This document shows positions 1 through 6,913 of a DNA stretch of 18,376 nt, piece after piece. The DNA is taken from positions 1 to 18,376 of the forward strand of contig JBDREN010000024.1 in the NCBI GenBank assembly GCA_043819795.1, given 5' to 3'. Both the position numbers and the translations under genes were made by a program. The notes beneath the pieces were generated by a model. It saw only the letters and a program-made list of their open reading frames with translations, did not search any database and was not told where the DNA came from. Each line of letters starts with the position of its first letter. The stretch's first letter is position 1. The DNA comes from Elusimicrobiota bacterium. GTDB lineage: Bacteria > Elusimicrobiota > Elusimicrobia > UBA1565.

Positions 1-47
1 GGCGGACGCGATTATCCTATTTTAGCAGTTATACTTAAGTTTGCTAG

Positions 48-70
48 CCTGGATTGCTACGCCGGGGCCA
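48..70. repeat. IS terminal inverted repeat downstream of the transposase, preceded by CTAG target duplication at 44-47
   Basis: Sequence reads ttgCTAG|cctggattgctacgccggggcca. Confidence 0.93.
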
Positions 71-150
71 AAAACTAACATTTTGGTCCTTGTGTAGGTC
101 GGCGTTAGTCCAAAAACTTGACACTACGCCGATCCTGCGCAGCGCTGGAA

Positions 151-1904
151 TCATCTTCCAAAAAATAGCCGGAGTCTTTTGTTGCCGAGCCAGGGCACGC
201 GCACGTCTGTCTTGCCGAAGTCGGCGGCCAGCAGCAACGGGTTGTGGGCGCGCTTCTGAAAATGGACATCAACGGCTTTGGCTGTGATTGCGATGTGGCC
301 GTGGCCTCGACAAAGTCGCGGAAGATATGGCGTGACTTGGCGGTTTTGTAGCCGTGGCCGATGCGTGCGCCGAGCAAGCGGTAGAGACTGCTGGCCATTA
401 AGGTCAGTTGGAGGTCAAGATTCACTTTCATGGCTACAGCGGAGGAGAGCGCGTCCATGTGGAAGAAGTCCACGCCATCCTGTATGCCGTTCTCGATGAG
501 CATGCGCTTGGCATAGCGCTCAATAAGCTTGGCGGCAGAGCGTTTCAATTGGTTGGTCACGAGCAGCGTGGGCTCTTCATGTCCCAGGTCCGTAATGGAC
601 AATTGGCGGACGGCGCCGTCGTAGTCCTTGAGTTTTACGGTGCGGTCGAGGACACGCGGCGTGCGGTAGATCCGTGAGACGCCGTCGAGTTCGAGACGTC
701 GCCAGGCGGATATGGGCTCGGCCAGGATTTTTGCGAGCATCTTGTCCGAACGCCGGCGCAGCGTGATGAAGTTGATGCCCATTTTGTTGATGCGGCTGAG
801 ATTGGCGTAGGTGGTCAGTTTGGAATCGAAAATCAGTTCCTCGGGCGGACGGCCTGTGCGCTGCTTCCAGAACTCGACGAAGCGAAGGATTTCGTCGGCC
901 TGATCCTGCTTTCGCAGATCCGAGTTTGCATAGCAAAGGACCAGTTGGTCGGCATCCTGAGCGAGGAAAGCCAGCAGTCCCTTCTGGCGTCGGCTGCGCT
1001 TGGAGACGTAATGCTTCTCAACGAGTGCGTCTTCGCCATGGAATGGGATGGTATGGAAGTCGAGGTGGAAAGAGGCGCCGCGCCCCAGGCCGAGCTTGGT
1101 CACGGCATCGAACCAATCGCGCATAAGAGCGGGATAGCAGCGCGCATCGACGCGGCAACTGTATTGGGTCAGGAAGGCGCGTTTGGGGATGGCGTTGAGG
1201 CCTGCGAAGAGGGCCAAACCCTGGTCAAAGACAGAGCTCATCACGTGGCTGTGTCGTGCTCGGCCGAACAACTTGAGCCCCAGCAGGGAGCGGATAGCAT
1301 GCCCGGCACCGATCATCTGCGAGCCTGGGAGCCCGGCTCGCGAGAGGATGTGGTCGAAGGGGATGGCGGCGAGGTAGGGAAGAAACAAGAACAAGCCACC
1401 GAACTGGGTGCGGAACTCGCGTTCTTCGGAGATGTTGAGCATTCGCTGGTCGGCGATCGGCGCTGCGACGGGCCCTGTTTGGGGCGGCCGTTCCTCGTCA
1501 TGGCGGCGCGGCAGGCGGGCGAAACCTTCCTGAGCAAGGATGATCGCGATGGCGGCGGGGGTGCGATGAATGTCCACGGCATCCAAAGCGCGGCTGATGT
1601 CGTAGATGGACAGGTTCTGTTTACGCAGCACGATAATACGTTCACGGATACGGTCGCGTTTGGGCGATGGCCTTGGTTGTTGGCGTGGCTCGATGAAGAA
1701 CTGGCGATTGGGCGCGCGACGGAATTGGTGGCAGAGGACGCGGAAGCTGCCAGGAGAATACCCGAAGCGCTTGGCGGCCGTGGTGGAGGGGGCGTGGTCG
1801 ACAAAGAAGGCGCGCAGGGCCTCATACTGGCGGTGCGCCGCATTTGTGGGTTGCAGAAAGGCCTTGGCCCATTTAGTTAGTGTTATACATTTACCGTTTG
1901 ACAT
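151..1904 (-). pseudogene. DDE transposase (about 584 aa if repaired) with an apparent frameshift at ~295
   Basis: Candidate catalytic motifs HLDFH, LIFDSK and YAKRMLIENGI (Y-x2-R-x3-E), plus N-terminal HTH-like segments. After RDFVEATA the ORF-track frame (ending at 105) becomes non-protein-like. The frame starting at 294 reads IAITAKAVDVHFQKRAHNPLLLAADFGKTDVRVPWLGNKRLRLFFGR with TGA at 153-151, which looks like the natural C-terminus. Confidence 0.8.
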
Positions 1905-1910
1905 CTCTCC

Positions 1911-1939
1911 ACTATATCATATATCACTATGGATGGCAA
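1911..1939 (-). promoter_or_regulatory. sigma70-type promoter for the transposase
   Basis: Minus strand: TTGCCA (1939-1934), 17-nt spacer ending in TGa, TATAGT (1916-1911), then 6 nt to the ATG at 1904. Confidence 0.65.
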
Positions 1940-2128
1940 GCTTAATTTGTCGTGATTCTTCCTCCCGACGCTAATATGGAAATCCGGAGACGCATGGCCC
2001 CGGTGGGGGATTTTCATAAGACAGTGGATACCAGTTTTATATCAATTAAATGTATAACGGACGCAGGGCGAGATGGGACGGGCTGCCGACGAGAAGGGGG
2101 ACGATTCAGATGTTCACCGCGTTAGGCA

Positions 2129-2151
2129 TGGCCTCGGCGTAGCAATCCAGG
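2129..2151. repeat. IS terminal inverted repeat upstream of the transposase, followed by CTAG target duplication at 2152-2155
   Basis: Sequence reads tggcctcggcgtagcaatccagg|CTAGtcggt. Confidence 0.93.
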
Positions 2152-2433
2152 CTAGTCGGTCCGGCTCGTGATCTCCAGCAGATGGTATCCGAACTGGGTC
2201 CGGACCGGTCCGTGCACCTTACCGACCTCCCCGCTGAACACCACTTGGTCGAACTCCTTGACCATCTGGCCCGGGCCGAACTCTCCCAGGTCGCCGCCCT
2301 GCTTGCCGGAAGGGCACTGGGAATGCTGTCTCGCCAGATCGGCGAAGTCCACGCCCTTCTCAATCTGCGTCTTGAGGTCCTGGCACGCTTCTTCGGTCTG
2401 CACCAGGATGTGACGTGCTCTCGCTTTAGCCAT
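2152..2433 (-). CDS. ppiC: Parvulin-type peptidyl-prolyl cis-trans isomerase C (93 aa)
   Basis: Motifs ARHILV, FADLARQHSQCPSGKQGGDLGEF, MVKEFDQVVF and GPVRTQFGYHLL. GGGGG RBS lies just upstream of the ATG. Confidence 0.95.
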   Translation of the reverse strand: MAKARARHILVQTEEACQDLKTQIEKGVDFADLARQHSQCPSGKQGGDLGEFGPGQMVKEFDQVVFSGEVGKVHGPVRTQFGYHLLEITSRTD

Positions 2434-2447
2434 GGCTACCCCCGTTC

Positions 2448-2533
2448 GGTGTCAGGCTTCAACTTATGCAACTTTTTTGAGTTTTCGATAGGCAAGAAAG
2501 TTTCATAAGTTGCATAAGTTGAAGCCTGACACC
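2448..2533. repeat. Perfect 27-bp inverted repeat with 32-nt spacer (REPIN/MITE-like stem-loop)
   Basis: 2448-2474 GGTGTCAGGCTTCAACTTATGCAACTT and 2507-2533 AAGTTGCATAAGTTGAAGCCTGACACC are exact reverse complements. The element is AT-rich relative to the flanking genes. Confidence 0.9.
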
Positions 2534-2543
2534 ATTACCATTA

Positions 2544-3629
2544 TTAGCGGCCCGCGGCCGCGATCAGGCTCGCCTGAATCTTGCCCCTCTGCCGGTAGGC
2601 CCTGAATACATGGAACAGGATGACGAGCGCTCCGATGATCCCGCTGGCGAAAAGCAGGGCCTTGCTGGCCATGTTTAGGTGGGGGATCCAGGCGGGAGGC
2701 AGCTCGATCCAGCGCAGCTCCGCGAGATACACGGGCATGGCGATCACCCGACTGAAGACGCAGAGCAAGATAATGAAGCCGGTCACCAGGCGTATCACCA
2801 CCTCTTTGACCACTTTCGTGCCGTAGGCCCCGAGGTAGACCCCCACCAGGGAACCCAGATAGAGCAGCATGGTGAGGCGGATGTCAACGAAGCCCTCGTA
2901 GGCGTAGTTCAAGGCGCCGAAAGCCCCCATGAACATGGCGAGGAACAGCTCGGTCCCGGCCGCCACAGCGGTGGGGACGCCGAAGACGTAGATCATGGCG
3001 GGGACCCCGATGAACCCGCCCACCCCGATCGTGCCGGCGAGATAGCCCGTGGCGAGCCCCACGATGAGGATCATCCACAGCGACACCTTGACGTCCGCCA
3101 CCGGGAAGTGGATCAGCGGGCGCAGGTGCAGCCGGGCGAGGAAATCGCTGATCTTGCGGGACGGGCCGGCATCCTCCTCCCCGCTCCCCGCGAGGGCATC
3201 CCTCAGGATGAGGACCCCTACGATGGAGAGGATACTCACAAAGACCGTGCTGATGTAGAGGTCCGCGGCCGCGCTCTTCGGCGCTCCCTTGCCCGCGCCG
3301 CCGGCGAAAAGAAAACTGTTGATCACGACCGCGAGCCGGATCCCCGCCGCCGCCGTGGCCAGAAGGTAGAACCCCAGCTTCTTGTCGACGTTGCCCATCT
3401 CGGCATGCTTCCTGGACCCGACCATGGCCTTGCCGAACTTGTGGGTAATGTTGCTCCCCACCGCGACCACGCCCGAAACCCCGAGGTTCATCATCCCCGG
3501 AGTCATGAAGAAAGCCCCGCCGGAGCCGATGAATCCGCTGAGGACCCCGCCGATGAAGCCCAGCGTGATCACCTGCAGGGCTGTGGGCAGGTCGAGGACT
3601 ATGAAGAGCTGCGACAACGGGCCGGGCAT
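2544..3629 (-). CDS. TauE/SafE (TSUP, DUF81) family membrane transporter, 361 aa
   Basis: Two repeated halves (GFIGGVLSGFIGSGGAFFMTP and GLATGYLAGTIGVGGFIGVP...AVAAGT), a GNVD motif, many hydrophobic helices and a GGGGGA RBS. Confidence 0.88.
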   Translation of the reverse strand: MPGPLSQLFIVLDLPTALQVITLGFIGGVLSGFIGSGGAFFMTPGMMNLGVSGVVAVGSNITHKFGKAMVGSRKHAEMGNVDKKLGFYLLATAAAGIRLAVVINSFLFAGGAGKGAPKSAAADLYISTVFVSILSIVGVLILRDALAGSGEEDAGPSRKISDFLARLHLRPLIHFPVADVKVSLWMILIVGLATGYLAGTIGVGGFIGVPAMIYVFGVPTAVAAGTELFLAMFMGAFGALNYAYEGFVDIRLTMLLYLGSLVGVYLGAYGTKVVKEVVIRLVTGFIILLCVFSRVIAMPVYLAELRWIELPPAWIPHLNMASKALLFASGIIGALVILFHVFRAYRQRGKIQASLIAAAGR

Positions 3630-3636
3630 TTCCCCC

Positions 3637-5082
3637 TCACTCCATCTTTATCATCTTCAACGCGAGCTTGGCGGCGGACCCGTAGACGTAGGCGATGGAC
3701 GGCACGAACAGCAGCACGGCGATCACCGCGAGGATCCGGAGCTTGCCCCCCATCTGAAGGAAGCTCAGCACCTGCGCCTGATGGCTGAATACCGCCGCGT
3801 AGACGGCCAGCGTCGCCAAGGCGTAGAGCACGAGGCTGACCAGCTGCCGGGGCCCGAAGAGGTACTGGACGGCAAGCTCTTCGGCCATGACCGCGGGACG
3901 CCTCAGCTTCTCGAAGAGGAACCCCGCCAACTCCCGCGCGAGGCGGAGCCGGGCCGCGCGCCCCTTGGAGAGGAACACGTCGCCGATGACGATCAGGCTG
4001 TAAGGCACTCTCGGATCGATGGCGGACACCAGGGCCTTCTGCCCTCCCCGCACCGTCCGGGTGCCTCCGGCCCGTCCCCTCTCGATGAGCTCCGCCACGG
4101 TCCTCTGCGCGCCGCCGTCGTCGGCGGGCTCCGATTCCACGCCCTCGACTCGGCCCTCGGCCGCGCCTTCGTCGGCGGGAAGCAGGCGGAGGAGCTCGAC
4201 CGCGGCGTTCCATTTCTCCGCGATCTGGGTGATGTTGCCGAATGCCCCGGAATCGGGGGAGTAGCTCTCCGCGATCCAGAGGATGTTCGTGCTGGCCACG
4301 GTGCACACGATCTCGCGGACGCCCTCGACGCCTTTCAGGATCTCCGGGATGGACTCCGCCACCCCCGCCTGCTGCGGAAGATACGTGACGGAGACCGCGC
4401 CGCCGGTCGCCTGCACCTTCAGCTGGGCGTGACGGGTCGCCTCGTGCCGCGCCAGAGCCACGCGGGCTCGGGCTCCCAGACGCAGGTCCTGCATCGCCTT
4501 CAGGGACGCGGGCGTGGGCTGGAACTCCGGAAGGGCGGCCACGGCGCACATCGCGGCGGCCGCGTTCTCAACCCCGAGCTGCTCCAGGTTCAGGATGACG
4601 TCGTAGTGGGAGGAAGCGTCCCACTCGACGCCGTAGAAGCAGCTCGCCCACCTCCGGCGGTCTTCCTCCACCTTCTCGATGAAGTCCAGCGATCCCTTCC
4701 GGTCCAAGCGGGTGCGCTGCATCACCGCCTTGACGCGGTACTCCATGTCGGCCACGACGCGCAGGCGCAGAACATGGGCTATCCCGCGCAGCAGCAGGTG
4801 GCCGGTCCAGCCGTGGTAGACGATGTTCTCGCGCAGCGCTCGCTCGCAGAGGATAGAGGCGAGCAGGGCCTGGTAATGCTCCTTCTCGGGAGCCAGGCGC
4901 TCGGAGAAGACGGCCTGCTTGGTCATGGCCAGCTCCAGCTTGCTTACGGCGATGCCGGCCTTGACCGCCTCCTCGACGAGGTCCTCGCGCCCGAGGCATT
5001 TGTAGCCGAGCTTCTTCGCCAGGGCCTCGGCGAACTCCCGGCCCCGGCTATAGCTGCCCCTGGAAACGCAGATGACTTGCAC
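3637..5082 (-). CDS. Cytidylate-kinase-like domain protein fused to BON-like, USP-like and C-terminal transmembrane segments, 481 aa
   Basis: N-terminus VICVSRGSYSRGREFAEALAKKLGY and DRRRWASCFYGVEWDASSHYDVILN match the cytidylate kinase-like (Cytidylate_kin2) pattern. A BON-like stretch ends in GVEGVREIV, and there are two hydrophobic C-terminal helices. GTG start with GGAG upstream. The USP-like call is inference. Confidence 0.8.
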   Translation of the reverse strand: MQVICVSRGSYSRGREFAEALAKKLGYKCLGREDLVEEAVKAGIAVSKLELAMTKQAVFSERLAPEKEHYQALLASILCERALRENIVYHGWTGHLLLRGIAHVLRLRVVADMEYRVKAVMQRTRLDRKGSLDFIEKVEEDRRRWASCFYGVEWDASSHYDVILNLEQLGVENAAAAMCAVAALPEFQPTPASLKAMQDLRLGARARVALARHEATRHAQLKVQATGGAVSVTYLPQQAGVAESIPEILKGVEGVREIVCTVASTNILWIAESYSPDSGAFGNITQIAEKWNAAVELLRLLPADEGAAEGRVEGVESEPADDGGAQRTVAELIERGRAGGTRTVRGGQKALVSAIDPRVPYSLIVIGDVFLSKGRAARLRLARELAGFLFEKLRRPAVMAEELAVQYLFGPRQLVSLVLYALATLAVYAAVFSHQAQVLSFLQMGGKLRILAVIAVLLFVPSIAYVYGSAAKLALKMIKME

Positions 5083-5125
5083 AGGCTTCTATTCTCCGCG
5101 CGGCTCCCCGCTCTTGAGGAAATGC

Positions 5126-5154
5126 ATTCTAACAAAACCGCCCCGCGGCGGCAA
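5126..5154 (-). promoter_or_regulatory. Internal sigma70-type promoter upstream of 5082
   Basis: Minus strand: TTGCCG (5154-5149), 17 nt ending in TGt, TAGAAT (5131-5126). It lies in the only sizeable gap (178 nt) within the minus-strand gene run. Confidence 0.6.
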
Positions 5155-5260
5155 TCCAGCGCCGCAGGCTCGCCCCGCGGCGCTTACTCCGCGACGTTAT
5201 CGGGGACTCCGTCGCAAGAACGCCGTTGCCCTTCCAGCGCCCGGGGAATGCGGCATCCGA

Positions 5261-6103
5261 TCATTCGATGGGGATCGGCGAGTCCTCAAGCTCCAGCTTG
5301 ACGTCCTTGACGCCGGGCACGGACTCGACCGCGTCGAGGACCTCGGCCTCGCCGCGCTTGAAGCCCCTCGGCAGTATGCCGCTGCTGTAGAACCGCCCGG
5401 CGACTTTCACGCTTCCTCGATGCGCCTGGACCTCGAAGTCCATCCCCTTGGTGCGGCCGTTGAGGGCCAGGGCGACCTTCACCTCGCAGGCCAGGGCGAA
5501 ATCCTCGAGCGCCTGCCGCTTCTCCTTGGTGTCGCGGAACTCGGGCAAAGAAAGCGCGCGGGCCACCAGATCGCACGCGCCCTCGACGGTGATCGTCGCC
5601 AGGTTCAAGACGATGTCGTAGAGGGAAGCGTCCTGCCAATCCACTCCATAGAGGAACCGCGTCCACTCCATCCTCTTCCTGTCGACCTGATCGATATGCC
5701 GCTGGGCCTCCTCAACGGTCATCCCTTCGAGCGTCTCCCGCAGCATCTTGATCCGGATGTCCACGGGCGCGATGAGGCGGACCTTCAACACCTGGGGCAG
5801 CCCTTTGAGCAGCAGATGGCCGGCGTGTCCGTGGTAGATGTAGCTCCCTTTCCGGGCCCGCGCCACCAAGGCCGACTGAATGGCCAGCAGATAGCACCGC
5901 CTTTCCTTTGTGAGGCGGTCGAAGAATCCGGGCTTCTTCTCCAGCTCTCGGGCCAGATCCTCTTCGGAGATGCCGTGCTGCAGCGCCGCGTCCTTGACGG
6001 CCTCCCTGCTGATGGCGGGATAGCCGAGCTTCTTGGACAGGCGCTCGGCCAGCTGCTGCCCGCCGCTCATGCTCCCGCGTGAAATGGTGATGATTAGCGC
6101 CAT
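5261..6103 (-). CDS. Cytidylate-kinase-like family protein with C-terminal BON-like domain, 280 aa
   Basis: Motifs IITISRGSMSGGQQLAERLSKKLGY, YHGHAGHLLL and DRKRMEWTRFLYGVDWQDASLYDIVLN. The C-terminus VKVALALNGRTKGMDFEVQAHRGSVKVAG...VESVPGVKDVKLEL is BON-like. Confidence 0.85.
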   Translation of the reverse strand: MALIITISRGSMSGGQQLAERLSKKLGYPAISREAVKDAALQHGISEEDLARELEKKPGFFDRLTKERRCYLLAIQSALVARARKGSYIYHGHAGHLLLKGLPQVLKVRLIAPVDIRIKMLRETLEGMTVEEAQRHIDQVDRKRMEWTRFLYGVDWQDASLYDIVLNLATITVEGACDLVARALSLPEFRDTKEKRQALEDFALACEVKVALALNGRTKGMDFEVQAHRGSVKVAGRFYSSGILPRGFKRGEAEVLDAVESVPGVKDVKLELEDSPIPIE

Positions 6104-6105
6104 CG

Positions 6106-6510
6106 TTAGGACTCTCCCTCCGGCTCGCGCCCGGCCGGGTCCGCCCCTCGGGAGGCGTTCAGGATCAGGTCGCGCAGCTGGCTCAGCTTGAACGGCTTGG
6201 CGATGAAATCATGCGCCCCGATCTTGAGCGCCTCCTTGGCCTTCTCCACCGTGGCGAAGCCCGTGATCAGGATGACCTTGGTCTCGGGGGAGCGGGTCTT
6301 CACCAGCTTGAGGATCTCGATGCCGTCCCAGCCCTTCATCTTCAGGTCGGTGACGACGAAATCGAAGCGCGCCTCCTCCAAACGCTTGACGACCCGCTCG
6401 CTTTCCGTGAAGGTCTCCACCTCGAATCCGGCCTTCTCGAGGGACCCCTTGAGCCGGTCGCAGACGATCGGCTCGTCGTCCAGAATCAGCACCCGCAGTC
6501 TCTGTCCCAT
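6106..6510 (-). CDS. Single-domain response regulator (receiver only), 134 aa
   Basis: Motifs LILDDE, VVTDLKM (phospho-Asp), ILITG and IAKPF. GGAGG RBS. Confidence 0.93.
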   Translation of the reverse strand: MGQRLRVLILDDEPIVCDRLKGSLEKAGFEVETFTESERVVKRLEEARFDFVVTDLKMKGWDGIEILKLVKTRSPETKVILITGFATVEKAKEALKIGAHDFIAKPFKLSQLRDLILNASRGADPAGREPEGES

Positions 6511-6522
6511 AGGAACCCTCCG

Positions 6523-6900
6523 CTACGCCAGCGCGGCCTTCTTCGCCGCTTTGACGACCAGCTTGCACAGCGCGCTCATTTTGAACGGCTTGGACACGAA
6601 CTCGAAGACTCCGATCGCCTCCGCCTCCCGAGCTTGCTCGAAGGAGCCGTACGCGGTGATGAGGATGACCTGGGTGCCCGGGCTGTGGGTCTTGACGAAG
6701 TTCAGGACGTCCAGGCCGTCCGCCCCCTTCATCTTCAGGTCGGTGACGACGACGTGGAAGCTCTTCTCCTTGAGACGGTCCAGCGCCTTTTGGCTCTCGG
6801 TAAAGACTTCCACCTCAAGCCCCTCCTTCTCGAGGACGGGCATCAATCGCTCGCCCACCAGCGCCTCGTCGTCCAAGACCATCACCTGTTTGCCTGTCAT
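6523..6900 (-). CDS. Single-domain response regulator (receiver only), 125 aa
   Basis: Start moved to the ATG at 6900 (TAAGGAGG RBS upstream). Motifs VLDDE, VVTDLKM, ILITA and VSKPF. Confidence 0.92.
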   Translation of the reverse strand: MTGKQVMVLDDEALVGERLMPVLEKEGLEVEVFTESQKALDRLKEKSFHVVVTDLKMKGADGLDVLNFVKTHSPGTQVILITAYGSFEQAREAEAIGVFEFVSKPFKMSALCKLVVKAAKKAALA

Positions 6901-6913
6901 GCGAAAGGCCTCC

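Larger units (their letters stand above)
48..2151 (-). mobile_element. Insertion sequence, 2104 bp, DDE type with IS1380-like termini (family assignment tentative)
   Basis: Terminal inverted repeats: 48-70 CCTGGATTGCTACGCCGGGGCCA vs reverse complement of 2129-2151 CCTGGATTGCTACGCCGAGGCCA (22/23). CTAG flanks both ends (44-47, 2152-2155). It encloses one transposase ORF and is visibly less GC-rich than the neighbouring locus. CC...GG ends and a 4-bp duplication are typical of IS1380-family elements. Confidence 0.93.

Noticed and set aside
105..296. ORF-track C-terminus of the transposase ending at 105
   Set aside because: It looks like out-of-frame read-through; the alternative frame ending at 151 is more protein-like.
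2448..2533. CRISPR repeat or tRNA interpretation of the palindrome
   Set aside because: It has only two arms in inverted orientation, with no repeat-spacer array, no cloverleaf and no cas genes.
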